Below, in pieces: positions 12,966 to 26,409 of a DNA stretch of 64,000 nucleotides. Position 1 is the stretch's first letter; each line of letters starts with the position of its first letter. The stretch is from contig NC_042999.1 of the NCBI RefSeq assembly GCF_006345805.1, positions 119,226,001 to 119,290,000 of the forward strand, in the 5' to 3' direction. Under the pieces are notes generated by a model. That model saw only the letters and a program-made list of their open reading frames with translations. It made no database searches and was not told where the DNA came from. A program made the position numbers and the translations under genes. Source of the stretch: Octopus sinensis. Its lineage: Eukaryota.

Positions 12966-15003
12966 TGTAATCGTTCTTTCTTTGTGAACATCAGCTCCAC
13001 TAGTGATCTGCCTGCTGGTGTGTCACATGGTGCACTCCTAAAATTGTTGTAGAGCTACTTCATCTGTGACTGCCTTATTCGATTTTCTAAGGGCTCTTTT
13101 GAAGGTATCAATAAAGTATTCTGCCCGTCCATAAGATCTGGGATGGTATAGCATCATAGTTATATGTTCTACTGCAAATGGTTCAACAAAATTTTTAAAA
13201 TTCACTAGACACAAATTGCCTTTCATTGTTAGACACTGTCTTGTCTGGGATGCCAAATCTTGCAAACAATTTGTGTAAAAAATTTATCACTGTTGAGGAG
13301 GTTTGGCTTTTTACCCTTAAAAATTTCTAGCCATTTCGAGAAACTATCACCTATGAATAAGTAGTAAGAACCATTTAAAGGACCGGCAAAATCGATATGT
13401 AGTCTCAACCATGGAACATCTACTTTTTGTCACGGGCAATTTTATATTTCGTTTTGGCTTCCATACAGGTGTTCCACTCTGTTTTAGTGCAATTTCTTGT
13501 TTGTCCTTCAGCTGCATTCAAACCTTCAACAGGATTGACACACTTATGGACATATTCCACAGTTTTAATAGTTCCATCCACTCTGATGAATAAATTAAGT
13601 GAACTTTTTAACACATATATCTTCACCTTTTTCGTTTGACCTCAAAATGTTACATTACATACGAATTCACTGAAAAATATAATCTGTGCTATCTTTTTCT
13701 AGTGAATTTTGACTTTCCGACATATTTCTAAATTTTTCGTTTATAATGGTGATATCATTACCAGTGCCCAACTGCATTTTAACATTTGTATTTCTGATTT
13801 TCACCATCATGAATTTTCTCATCATTATATTGCTAATTTCTTCTGATGTCGTACTATTTATTCTTCTTCTTTTATTTCGACGTTTTGTCATCTTCGTTCT
13901 ACAGTGCATCTTTATATGCCGTTTATTTCCACAATGGAAACACTGCTTTTTTAAATGGACAATTTTTCCTCAGTTATATACTTCTGCATGCAAAACATGG
14001 GCTTATTTCTTGATTTTTGCTGTGTTTTTTAGAAAACACTTTATCTCTATTCTGATTATTTTGCACTTACCTTGGAAACAATCTTTCTGTTTGATTTCCT
14101 CCATGTTATGTCTTAATTTGACTATCCTTTCACATTCTTCTGACACTTGCTGTAGGGTTACATCCTGGTTTAGTTTCATCTTTGTGAGAATTCTAGTTGT
14201 AACTTCTGTGTCATTTTTGGCAGTAAGTCCCTGTGTAGAAATCAAGCATTTGAATACATCTGCATTAATTCGTTCAGCTTAAACTTCTCACACTCCCTGT
14301 TTACTTAATCAGCATATGTGATGTAGTCTTCATTGTTGTTTTTCTTTGTTTTCTGACACTTCCAATGTGTGTAGAACAATGAGCTTTTTTCACTGAACAT
14401 TTTACATAATACATCTATTGTGTCATTAACGTTTATGTCCGAACGTTTTCTTGAGAGCACATAGCTACTATATCGTTCATGTTCTGTTGCCACCAGTTTT
14501 TTCAAGATTAAGTGCGTTTTCACTTCATCATCCTAATCTTTACATTCTTTCTCGAAGATTTGTGCATATCTTCTGTAGTATGCTTCGTCAGGTTCATATT
14601 TGAACTCTGTTATGGAGTTCACGACATAGTCTGGCGAGAAAACTTTTCTGAATTTCCTGACAACTTCATTAATTGCAGCATTTGTTGCTGTAATAGTAAT
14701 TGTTGTTGATGTTCTTTCAGTTGTTGTTGCTTCAGCTGTTGTTCTTACAGTTGTATCTGCTGCTGTTATTCTTTCAGTTGCTGTTGTTGCTGCTTCTTTC
14801 AACTTGAGCAAGCTGGCCAACAAATTTTCCATAAATTTACGATTTTAGTTTTCATAAAATTTACACAAAAATAACTTTTGTGAGTTTGTTAACTCCTCAT
14901 GAGTTGTTCAAATCCTTGTTGAGTTTATTAATTCTTCATGAATCATTTAGATCCTCATGGAGTTTATCAATTCCTCGTAAGGTGTTTAAATCCTTGTCAC
15001 CAC

Positions 15004-15196
15004 TGTTATAATCCTTACAATGTTGGATTGTTATAATGTCCACTTCGGTATACAGTATACTTAGTGAAACCACTAAAGATATGACAATCTCTGACCGCCT
15101 ACTACATTCTCTCGTACTTCACTTTACTTATAGGGACAATGTTATTCCATTCATCACATGGGTGGGGTGTATCATTATTACTAATTCCCTACAACA
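15004..15196 (-). promoter_or_regulatory. 5' LTR with TATA box (tataagta, starts 15132 on minus)
   Basis: TG...CA termini; 15004-15106 aligns with 12688-12783. Confidence 0.8.
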
Positions 15197-16329
15197 ATAA
15201 TCTAGTCCTAGACACACGTTGTCTGAAAAAAAGATAAGTGTAAGCCAACACAATAACTTTTATGCGGTTACTCAATCTATCAGAGATAGCAACCCTTCAA
15301 ATTCCTCCCGTCACCTTAAAAAAAAGGGATAAATTAAACAAAGCCTTTCTAGATATAAATAAAAGATGACATACTCATGGCTGTAATGCCTTTGTTAAAG
15401 GTTTGTTTGATGAGGGCTAAGTTGAAGTCAAATATCAACAACAAGAAAAAAATGAATATATTTATAGCTTTAAAACTTTTAATAATAGGTACACTGGACC
15501 AATTTTCCCTTGGTACTAAGCAACAAAGGAATCTCTATGTGAGCACTCATCCTGCTAGAATTAGCTACCAAATCTCTTTTGAATCCCAGCCTATAATCTT
15601 TAAAATAGAAGGATATACTGGATGCACTGTACCTGAAAACAAGACAGGATAGTCACCACTAGAATGCCTTTGATCATGGAATGCTTTGTTCAATAAGAAT
15701 TGATTTGATGCTACGCAATAATAACAGCAAAAGCAAAAATAGTAACATCTTATTCAGTTATAAATATTTGAAAATATTGACTGGGAAATGACTGTACAAC
15801 CTGAACCAAGTAATTGGGTTTTGGTCTTCACTGAATTTACTGTTTGCTCCTTGAGTGTCTATAATTTTGAGGTAATTTCTTGAGGATAAACTCTGGACTT
15901 AAACAACAATTATAAAGTAGTTTGTCCTCAGCTTTCCAACAACAGTTGGTCTATCTAATTAGTTAAATCCTGTCAAGACTTCTTTGAGTTTTACTTTGCT
16001 ATCTGTCATTTGTCTTTCATTTCATACCTTCTCTATTTCAGCTGATGTGCTGCCAGATAACAAGTTCTGTCCAAAATGAATCAATCACTTGAAGGAAACA
16101 AACTTATTGCTTCACTTACAAATTAAGCAGATTTGTTTCCTTCAAAATAATATTCTCCCCTTTTAAGAGCATGTGCTACTAACCCCAAGATTCCGAGTTT
16201 GGTTCCAGGAAAAATACCTTAGGAATGAGAACCCAGGTTCAAAATGTACTCAAGGCTGGAGGGTATATCAGCTGAAACGTTGTGTTAACAACAAACAAGA
16301 TGAGGACAAATATCTGTCAACGGTAAATA

Positions 16330-17200
16330 ATATAAATAATGTACATAATTCCTCATCTCTTAAATATAGAACTGGAATATTCTCCACAGTTTGATACATT
16401 TGCCCTAATGTTTCTTCCAGTTTGGGAACATGTTCTGATAGGCTTTTTCAGAGAGAGTGTACAGTTTGCTTTAAATATTTTCTTCCATTTCTTTTGTTAT
16501 TCTAATTTGGTAGCTTTTCAAGGTACAGTTGAACTAAGAGAAGATAAAAAGTTCATAAGCAGGCAAATGTGTAAGGTAGCTAATGTACAGAAGTAATCTT
16601 GAGATTTACCATTCAACAAATAAATAACAGTTAAGAGCTATGTGTAAGTAGGTGCATTATGGTGGTAGTGTCCATAGACACTGTGCCACTGCAATGCTTC
16701 AGGTCTCTTCTTTCAGGTTGCTTGTCTTAAATACCTGAGGACATCCTTGATCAAAATCTTTACCGAACATCTGACCACATCAAACAAACTCATGCTGAAC
16801 AATGTAACTTCCAATAAAAAGGCAGTCAATATAATTTTCATATTTGAGCTACTTTGATATACTTTTGGGTTGTGGCAACAATTATCCTAACTAGTGCAGC
16901 AATTGCCATTGCATTTTGTTATCGGGATTATACATCCACTTTTCGTCACCTATTGTGATATATTTCCAACAATAAAACAACTCTTGATTGGGACTTGACT
17001 TCCAACATTTTTATCTGTCAGCAAGCATAACAAATTTTGCAGAAACACAGTGCATTTTCAATTCTTCTTTCAAAATTATGTGGTACAAACTGTTACAACT
17101 ACTAACTACTTTTGAAACTTCACAGGTGGTCAGGTAACGATTTTCATGGATCACAGCTTATACTTTCACATTATGATAGCCATCAACACTTAATTTAAGT
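16330..17200 (-). mobile_element. Decayed mariner transposase
   Basis: Minus strand gives IILKEELKMHCVSAKFV, ITIGDEKWMY and AYQNMFPNWKKH*GKCI, matching mariner N-terminal, first-D and C-terminal motifs. Confidence 0.7.
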
Positions 17201-18221
17201 TGATAGGAGTTTTCAAAGGATGTGAACAAGGCTAGTCACTACAATCATTTGAATATCTTTGAGAGATGGGTCTCTTGAGATGTTAGCTAGATGTTTCTGA
17301 CATCATTTTTTCCTCTTACCAAGAGTACCTATTCATTCCAATAAATGCATCATTCCTCTCCCCCACTGCCTCTAGATAGGTACAGAAAATTTTTACCTTA
17401 AGAAGCTACATCTTTTATATTTCAATTTTCAGATCTCTACATATACTGATCCTGTCAAATTTCTAGACGGATATAATTTTATTAGTGGAGACACTTTTAT
17501 GTATCAGTTTACCAAATGCCTTTAACTTTCTTTAATGGTTGTATCGGGTCAATTGACTTGCATTGTTCTGTTAGTGTTGACAGGAAAATCCCAAATCTTT
17601 ACATTTTCAACTTCAACCATTGGCTTGAGATGATATTCATACCAGTTAGCAAAAGTGTCAATTTAGTAGTGCTTGCATATTTTTTAATGTGAAAATTGTT
17701 CTACCCTATTGTGATTTTAATATCAGTTTGATGTTAGCACAGGAGACCACAAATTAAAACGGTCTATTGGCTAATCAAATTCAATGCAGAATCTGCATTT
17801 TGGGTCTGTACTATTTTTAAGAATATTTGCCTGGTGTTTTCTGGTAAACAAGCTTTGATCTTGTGCCACCAGTATGAAACCTTCAATATTGCTTTCAATC
17901 CAGAATTCCTCAGTCATTTATGGATTGTTTCTTAATCAACATCAGCATTTTGGTTTTAAACAATATATTGTCAATGCAGAGACTCTTGGCTGCACCATTC
18001 CTAAAGTTGTTTCTGTCCATTCTTTTTAGTAGTTAGTGTGATTCATTTTGCTTGTTTTATAGTCGTGGCCTCTAGTTCTTCATTCAATTCCAGGTTAATG
18101 CCAGGTTCTTTTACAAACTGACATGCTTCATTGATAACAGAGTGACTTTTTGCTGCTTTTGTGTTTGTTCACAAGCAACAGCATCCAGTCCTCTGTATTA
18201 TATAAGTACCATTTCATTCCT

Positions 18222-18478
18222 ATATTTGAGCAGCCATTATGAGTAAGACTATTGCTTATTTAAGGTCTTCATTTGCCAGCCACAACCAAGACTGCTCTAC
18301 TGCAACATTCTGTGTTTGTCTGAGATGCTGACCATGTAGTTCTTTCCTCCAGATGTTTCTTTCCTGTTCCTGTTTTCTTCTTTTCTTGTATTCCATTGCC
18401 ATCTCTACAGCTTCTTTCTCCTTTCCTCTAGCAACTGAAATCAGTCTTTCTCAGTTGCTTCTAACATAACCTTGAATG
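18222..18478 (-). mobile_element. R4/Dong-clade LINE fragment (post-RT region)
   Basis: WRKELHGQHLRQTQNVAVEQSWLWLANEDLK*AIVLLIMAAQ matches the LHGQ...WL..G.LK.ETE..I.AAQ motif. Confidence 0.75.
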
Positions 18479-18579
18479 TCTCATTTTGCAAACTCTACAG
18501 TCTCATCATCATCATCATCGCCGTTGTCGTCGTTGCTGTTGTTGTTATTATTATTATTATTATAATCATCATCATTGTT

Positions 18580-19029
18580 AAGGTGGCAAACTGGCAGAAT
18601 CGCTAGCATGATGGGCAAAATGCTTGGTGGTGTTTCATCTGTCTTTACATTCTGAGTTCAAATTCTGCTGAGGTCAACATTATCTTTCATCCTTTGAGGG
18701 CCAATAAATTAAATACCAGTTGAGTACTAGGTTCCATGTAATCAACTTAACCCCCCCCCCCCAATTTCAAGCCTTGTGCCCTTAGTAGAAAAGATTATTA
18801 TTATTATTATTGTTTTACAGTATTGAACTGACAGAATTGTTAATACACTGAACAACATACATAGTGACATTTCATCTACCTTTATGATGTGAGTTCAAAT
18901 TCCACTGAGGTTAATTTTTGTCATACATCCTTTTGGGATCAGTAAAATAAGTATTAGTTAAACACTGGGATCAATGTAATCAACTAACCCCTTCCCTAAA
19001 AGTTAAGGCTTTGTGTCTATACTAGAAAG
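18580..19029 (+). mobile_element. Two tandem SINE family A copies (about 18580-18793 and 18825-19029)
   Basis: Each has head, gagttcaaat box, core and agaaa(a/g)g end; separated by (ATT)n. Confidence 0.85.
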
Positions 19030-19030
19030 G

Positions 19031-19087
<57 letters not shown>

Positions 19088-20849
19088 ACTACTGCTGTTG
19101 TCGTTGTTGTTGTTAAGCAACAAGACGGGTATGGGTGATTAGGTGATGGTCTAGGGCTTAGGGGCGGGAGACCCCAGACCATGGGAAAAAAAACTTTGGT
19201 CATCTTGTAGTTGAGGGCTCTTCGTTGATGCCCAACACCACTGGGAGGTGGCCCTCGAAGTCACTGGAAATGGAGATCTCCAGGTCCAAATTCTTGAACG
19301 GCTGCTGCTTCTGCTACTGCTACTACAGATAACTCAATGTGAAACCATCTGTTTGCTACTCTCTTCAAAATACTAGCTAGTCAAGTATTACCAAATAAAA
19401 TATTCATTGAATTACTTGTAAGAAGAAAATATATAATTGCCTAAGGAAAGCCTATTGATACTCAAGAGTGGACAACAAAAAAGAGGTTTGTTTCACAAGC
19501 ATATAAAATTTTCATCACACACATTACATTTTCACATCAAAAATTGCTGCCGCACACAGTTCTGCAACAATGGCAAAATAAAAAATAGAAAACACCAATT
19601 CAAAATACACAGCTTACAAGAAAGAAAAGAAAATGAATAGTTTAGTGAACAATTAATTGGAGAAAATGCCACAAGTGCTCAAATGAATAACCTTAAAGAC
19701 AGTGAGAGCAATAACCACAACAATAGCAGAAGCAGCTCTTACATGATTTCAAATACTGTGGTCCTTTCATACATCAGCTGCAGGAAGGCAAACTTTCTTT
19801 TAATGCAAAATGGATGTATGGAATTTTTTTATATCTGTTGATGTTACAAAAGAAAAAAATGAATAAGTGGAAGATTAGAATTTAGTTAAACTTAACAGCA
19901 TTTCTTTGCCACAGGAGCAAATTCATGATATGGCAAAGAGAAAAATTATATGCCATTGCTTCCCAAAAATCGCAAATGAAATATCTTCATGCACATTAAA
20001 AAATAAACAAATGAACAAACACTTCATTTCCTAATAGTGCCAACCAATAGTATCACACCTTCATCTTGGATTGGGGAAGAAATAATAATTATGGATGAAA
20101 ATTCACAAACAGTCAGGGAAAATACAAAAGGTAATCCAAAATGCAAAGGAAAAAAAATCACAGAAAATTCTCAATGTGAAACAGAAAAAAAGTGGATGAG
20201 AAGGAACAATTTATGCCAAATGACAATGAAATCCCTCCTCAGAATAAAGAAAATTAAAAGAACAAACATTGAATTGAAATTTACTGCTCTTTGAGAGTCA
20301 AACACACTATTAATAGATGAATTTATGCATCTGTAGTGCACGGACTTTACAAAGAATTTAGAATGACACAAAAACTATTGCATTAGAAAAGATAATAAAC
20401 AACATGTTAACGATAGATTATTAGTAAAATTCTAACTAAAACATTACACTGAACTTTAAAAAGAATACCCTCAAAATGCTGGTGTTATTCAACAACTATC
20501 TCAAACAAAAAAAAACCGCCTCTGTTGCATTATGTTACTCAAAAATACAATTTGAGAAATGGTTAGGTGAACAGTGTCATGAAGTGCTCTAACTCACCCT
20601 AACCAGGTATCTTTTAATTATATTTCAATTGTTGTGTTTTATTGTACTTTCTAAATTTACCAGATCGATTCAAAAGTTTTTGTGGATTTTCCCTGATAAT
20701 GTTTGGCAACCTGTGAATACATGTTGTATCATTAATTTGATAAAACTTGTCCAATTGTTAATAAACTGCTTATTCTTTATTTTCATAGATAACATAAACA
20801 TGAATTGCTTATTCTTTATTTTACAGTTTTAACAATGAGCAGCCAAAAG

Positions 20850-21460
20850 GTTGCAATTAGTCATTTTACATTACCTGTAGTAAAAAGGACTGAATGCAAG
20901 AGCAGTGGTAAAAGAAATTAATGATGTAGAAGGCCCAGTGTAGCACAAAACTGGTTCAGACATTTCAAGGAAGGTGACACCCACCTCAAAGGCAAACCAA
21001 GGTTAAAGAAACCTCTTGTTGTGGAAGATGAGGCCTTGCTTGAAATGATTGAACAGCAGCCAAGCACAAGGGTTCATATATTGTCGGCAGAGCTTAGTCC
21101 TTCACAAAGCACCATCAGTTGACACTTCCATAAGTTTGGCCTTGTGAACAGATGCTGTCAAAGAACTTCTCATGAACTGACCAATGATCAGCTCCAAAAA
21201 GATGCGAGCATTTGCAGACAACTTCTGGTAAATCCTTGAGATGCCTATTCATGGCATCAAATTGTAACTGGAGAGGAAAAAAGATCTGTTTTCATAATCC
21301 TAATGAGAGAAATCAGTGGTTTCATACCAGTCAGACTTCAGAACCTGTGGTCAAATAAGATCAGTTTGAACTGAAGGTCATTTTGTGTGTTTTGTGGAAC
21401 TGCAAGGGGATGTTCCCTTTTGAGCTTGTCTCAGATGGTCAAGTTGTGAACTCTTCTGTA
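20850..21460 (+). mobile_element. Decayed mariner transposase, N-terminal half
   Basis: NWFRHFKEGDTHLKGKPR...MIEQQPST...HELTNDQLQ...IVTGEEK, with stops and frameshifts. Confidence 0.8.
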
Positions 21461-22409
21461 CCTTGTTCAATAGGACTAGGTGTTCAAGTCTAGGCATATA
21501 AAGATAAAGATGTAGCGTATTAAGATTTGTCAAAGTTTACCAGCATGGTCATACAGTCAAAAATATCAAAGTCCCTTCCTAAGCCATATGTTCATAAGGC
21601 CAATTTTCTGGTTTCTTTAGAATATACACTCTTTCTCTAGATAGGACAACAGTCCATCACAGGATTACACATTTTTGCCATTTGAGTGGACTGAAGCAAT
21701 GAGAAATGAAGTCTTTTGCTTTGGAAAACTTTACATTGCCAGAACCTAAAACAAATCTTAGAATCAAGAGTGCAATACCCTAATCACTAAGCCATGTGCC
21801 AAAGATTATGTCTTTGATTTCCTTCCATAGTTTACTTCTTAGCTTAAGGTGAAAAGTAATAAAGGACTCTTAAGGCAGAAGAGGTGAAATGAGGAATATT
21901 GCTTTCTGAGATGCTATTTCACAACCACTGGAGAGCAAATTGCTCCTCATGAACGCAGGTTGGTGATATAGTTGTGATCTGTAAACAGTTTTGGGTAGGA
22001 ACCAGAAAGCGAAGTATGAACATGCAATGCACATGTACACACTGAATTCATAAAATGGAAGAGAAGAATAAAATCACAATGCACATGTCAAAAACAGATA
22101 GAAGATATGAATAAAACAAGTTATATGAATGTCTGCATGCCACATCTGACACTGGCAATTTTCACGTTGCATAAGAACAGACCAATGTGGATTTTTGCAA
22201 TATCTAAAGAATCAAATGCTTAATGATAAAAAAACACAAAAGAAAATAAATTTCAAAACAATTTCATACTTCTTAATAAACTAGGATTTTTCAGTTGTAA
22301 CTACCACTTACAATTTTATTACCAGTTTCTACACAGATGAGATTTTAGGGGATGGTGGGAAGGGTAATTACAAAAATTATAATTTTTTGGAGAAAATTTT
22401 TAAACATAA

Positions 22410-22570
22410 GCGTAGGAGTGGCTGTGTCGTAAGTAGCTTGCTTACCAACCACATGGTTCTGAGTTCAGTCTCACTGCGTGGTACCTTGGGCAAGTGTCTT
22501 CTACTATAGCCTCAGGCCAACCAAAGCCTTGTGTGTGGATTTGGTAGATGGAAACTGAAAGGAAGTCATC

Positions 22571-22614
<44 letters not shown>

Positions 22615-22827
22615 ATACGTTTGTGTGTCTGTGTTTGCCCCCCATCCAACATCGCTTGATAACTGATGCTGGTGTGTGGTGTATTTATGTCCCTGTCACT
22701 TAGCAGTTCGGCAAAAGAGAATGATAGAATAAGTACTAGGCTTACAAAGAATATGTCTTGGGGTCAATTTGCTTGACTAAAGGTGGTGCTCCAGCATGGC
22801 CACAGTCAAATGACTGAAACAAGTAAA
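22410..22827 (+). mobile_element. SINE family B with internal (TA)/(GT) microsatellite
   Basis: tRNA-like head, ttgggcaagtgtcttctactatagc core, tail ggtgctccagcatggcc...tgactgaaacaagtaaa; aligns with 56680-57040 and 58682-59130. Confidence 0.9.
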
Positions 22828-22959
22828 TCACTAAACACTGAAATTTTCTGAAATTTTAGCCAATCAGGTTTATCTATTCTTGATATCCAATCCTGCAGAC
22901 TATGCTATTTGTACATGTTTTTATAGAAATCAAGTGAAATAATTTTGTGAAGAGGGTCA

Positions 22960-23095
22960 GGATTCAGGATTTGGGTTTTAACGTTTAGGTCTGAGTTAAG
23001 GATTTACGGTCAGGTCTAGGATTAGGGTTCAGAGTTAGATTTAGGAGTTGGGTTAGATTTAGGGTTTAGAGTTTAGGGTTAGGATTAGGGATTGT
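22960..23095 (+). repeat. Degenerate TTAGGG-like hexamer array
   Basis: ttaggg, ttagag, ttagga, tcagga, ctagga units in tandem. Confidence 0.75.
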
Positions 23096-23389
23096 AGTGT
23101 ATCACAAAACGTTGTTTCAAATGTCAATTTGTTTTGTAGTTTTGTTATTAATGTTTCAATAAATATACAAATGAATAAATAAAAGCAAAAATGAAATAAA
23201 AACAAAACAAAAACTAAAATGGTGCCTTCCATAAAGGTGCAATAGCATCTATGATGGCATGTTAAGAATAAATGAATCAAAAATTTAGAAAAAAAATCAG
23301 TATTTAATAGAACCAGCCTTCTTTATATTTAATTTCTCAAAAGAAAAAGTAGTTGTGATTCTCCTAATTAGTATAATGTCATAGTATTA

Positions 23390-23990
23390 ATGTTGTGTAG
23401 CATGTTGGACAAAATGCTTAGTGGCATATCTTCCAGCTCTTTATGTTCTGAGTTCAAATCCCACTGCGGTCAAGTTTGACTTCAAGCATTTAGAGGTTGA
23501 TAAGGTAAAGTACTAATCAAGTGCCAAGTTGGTGTAATCAACTAACTCCACTTACTACAATTCCTGGCTTTGTCCCAAAATTTGAAACCATTATTATTGT
23601 GAGTGCAAGAGAAAGCTGTTTTTAAGTTCATAAGTTATTACAGAAATTTGTTTGGTCTGAAGAAAATAATTTTAGTTTTTGTATCATTCTGTCATTAAAC
23701 CACCAGCATCCTATGATGCTAGTTTACTTTGTGAAATTTTTGCCCCCGTGGGGCAAAATTTGTGATCTTTTGGCAGTGCAGTTGTATATTAGTTTCAAGT
23801 GTTGGTACAAGACCAGCAAATTCAAGACAGGTTAAGTCAGTTACATCGACACCATTAATTAGCTGGCATTTATTTTATCAACCCTAAAAGGCAAATTCAA
23901 CCTCAGCAGAATTTGAACTCTGAACGTAAAGACAGATGAGATATCACTAAGCATTTTACACATGCTTATGATTCTGCCAGCTCACTACCC
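23390..23990. mobile_element. Two SINE family A copies in opposite orientation (about 23390-23590 plus, 23790-23990 minus)
   Basis: gagttcaaatcccactgcggtcaa on plus; gaatttgaactctgaacgtaaagac and ctgccagctcac mark the minus copy. Confidence 0.75.
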
Positions 23991-24574
23991 AGGTGCAGCT
24001 ACATACTAAAAGTAGATATGATTATGCAAAGTCAGGAGACAGTTACCTGTTCCGACAGGTAATAAATACTGTACCAATTTCCCACTACTACCTACAAACA
24101 GTGAATGTATGAATGTCCACAACAACAATAATGACAACACCAATGACAACAACAAAAATGAGAAAAAGTGAAAGCAATGTTACCCCTATTGGCAAATTTC
24201 GCTAGCATTACCAACAACCAACAAAAATAACAACAATGAGTCTAGAAAACACAAAGGGAAAAACCTAATACCCATCACTTCACTATCATCTGAGAACAGA
24301 ATTGGTACATACTACATACCCCAGCTTTCTCAATGACCTTTCTTCGCCACCCCAAATCACTTTTATTTTCCTTTAATTTCTTGTGCCTACTTTCTGTACA
24401 AGTCACCCCATGCTGTTATCCATCATTAATACCTTGCTTATCTGCTATCACCCAAAATGCCTTCACATATCTACTCTTGATCTTCTAGGTTTCTCTCCTG
24501 ATCCTCTCCTAGGTTTCTCTCCATCATTTACTATAATCACCTCTATCTTGCCCACTTACCCAGCCCACTGGTAC

Positions 24575-24770
24575 TGATGACATGCATAAAAGTACCCTGT
24601 ACATGCTGTAAATTGGCCAGCATTAGGATAGGCATCCAGCTGTAGAAACCAAACCAAAAACACAATAGAACTTGGCACAGTCTTCTGGCTTGCCAGCTCT
24701 TTACAAACTGTCCAACCCATGACAGCAAGAAAAATGGCCGTTAAATGATGATGATGATGATGATGCTAAG
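24575..24770 (+). mobile_element. SINE family D 3' part
   Basis: ggcatccagctgtagaaacc...gttaaatgatgatgat. Confidence 0.75.
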
Positions 24771-25059
24771 GATTATGATGATATGTACACATATATGCCT
24801 TAATGAATAGCATACCTCAACAAATTAAGATCTTTCGAGTATCACAGCACACATGCAATGTTACAAAACGAATTAAATACCTCAGTGGAATAGAAAGCTT
24901 CAGAGGGAATATTAACAAAAGACTGTATAAGGACCTGCTTATGAAAACACCCACAACAAGCTGGAGGCAATAGAACACTTGTCCCTCCATAGGAATTGTG
25001 TAAGTAAGTCTTTGTCATTTTCTACTTTGTGTGGAATATGGCTTCACTCAAAATCAGAA

Positions 25060-25360
25060 CAGGCACTGTAAATGCACCTGGCCTGGAGTCACCTTGGAGG
25101 TGGAGCTATTTGTTCAATGATCTCGTATCAGTAGATCAGTAGATATAGAGGTGGTGGCCATCAATGAAATCAGAATTTCCAGTCCATATGTCTTCATGCC
25201 CATTTTTGGTGGATACAAGATTTACTTATCTTCAAGCCAACCAGGATTCAGAAACAGAGCTGCTGTATTATTTCAGAAGGCTCTGAATCTCTCAATACAA
25301 GTTGTCTTCTTGGATCCAGAAGGTAAATTGTTGCAGTTGGATGGGAATTGTAGCAAAGGA
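25060..25360 (+). mobile_element. L1/Tx1-like ORF2 AP-endonuclease N-terminal fragment
   Basis: GTVNAPGL...VAINEIR...FGGYKIY...AAVLFQKAL...VFLDPEGKLLQLD follows the N.GL / E / GY / AVL / D.EGR pattern of L1-clade APE. Confidence 0.7.
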
Positions 25361-25884
25361 AGTATTTGTATATATATATATACATACACACACACAAATA
25401 GCCTTTGCCTTACCCTTAGATAAAGTCAGTGGCATGGAGAGGAGAGGCTGGTATGCATGGGTGACTACTGGTCTTTCATAAACAAACTTGCCCAGACTTG
25501 GAGGGTAACTTTCTAGGAGCAATCTCATAGTCATTCATAACCAATGGGGTTCTTTATATATCATCATCATCATTTAACATCTATTCTCCATGCAGGCATA
25601 GGACAGATAGTTTGACAAGAGCTGGCCAGCTGGGGTGTTGTCCAGGCTCTAACTGCTTTTTGTGGTATGATTTCTATGGCTGGATGCCCTTCCTAACCCC
25701 AACAACTTTAGAGAGTGTGCTGGATTCTTTGTACAGGTACATTTATAGACTAATTGATATGTATATTCACATGTATATTCATAAAGAATGAAAATGTAAA
25801 GGGGAAATAATCTCAAGAATCAAGAAGTCTGCAAAGTTGAAGCTGGAAAAGGACTACTTTATTGTTTGAAGATAATGAACAGTC

Positions 25885-25922
25885 ACGGACATGTATTTTT
25901 ACCCCCAATAGGTGTCATCAAA
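25885..25922 (-). ncRNA. Degenerate hammerhead ribozyme motif
   Basis: UUGAUGA-CACCUAUUGGGGU-AAAAU-ACAUGU-C; palindromic ACAUGU but C3U and G12A changes. Confidence 0.3.
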
Positions 25923-26324
25923 ATTACTGTCTATCTATGTATGTGTGTGTGTGTACATACATATATATAAGTACACGTATACGTATGCATACATACACAC
26001 ACAAACGTTTTTTTCTTTGTTCAACAAAAAGTTCGTTTCTATGTTTTTGTTTTTATGTTTTCCTTCCTCATTGTGATCAACGTTTTTTTTATGTCCTGTA
26101 CCCATTTACGCACGTATATATACATATAGATGTAGATATATACATATATGTATGTATATATGCATATATTTGTATATTATTTATATTATACACACACATA
26201 TATATATAGGCACATGCACACACACATGTATGTATGTATATATGAGTGTCTACACATACATCATCATTACCTTCCATGCTGACATATATATCCACATATC
26301 TATATGCCTATCAATATATATCTG

Positions 26325-26406
<82 letters not shown>
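26325..26406. repeat. (TC)n(TA)n(GA)n self-complementary microsatellite
   Basis: TC x11, TA x16, GA x14 form a perfect palindrome. Confidence 0.95.

Positions 26407-26409
<3 letters not shown>

Larger units (their letters stand above)
12688..15196 (-). mobile_element. Ty3/Gypsy LTR retrotransposon, internally deleted (gag, protease, integrase remnants; no RT/RNase H)
   Basis: 5-bp TSD ATAAT at 12683-12687 and 15197-15201; 5' LTR 15004-15196 (TGTTG...TAACA on minus); partial 3' LTR 12688-12783; PBS-like tggtgacaagg; gag ORF 14832..14533; zinc-knuckle remnant CFHCGNKRHIKMHC; protease remnant MQLGTGNDITIIN; integrase HPRSYGRAEYFIDTFKRAL. Confidence 0.92.

Noticed and set aside
17400-18060. Possible Tc1-like transposase remnant on the minus strand
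   Set aside because: Only a weak TI...LRNSGLK resemblance; too decayed to support.
19209-19270. Possible HDV-like ribozyme on the minus strand (P2 gagggc/gccctc, P3 acc/ggt, loop ucccagu, CGAA)
   Set aside because: No 7-bp P1 and no proper P1.1/P4 can be formed; at best a deleted remnant. A covariance-model search would be needed.
19400-20620. Long A-rich pseudo-coding stretch, possibly an ancient LINE or Penelope ORF
   Set aside because: No motif could be read with confidence.
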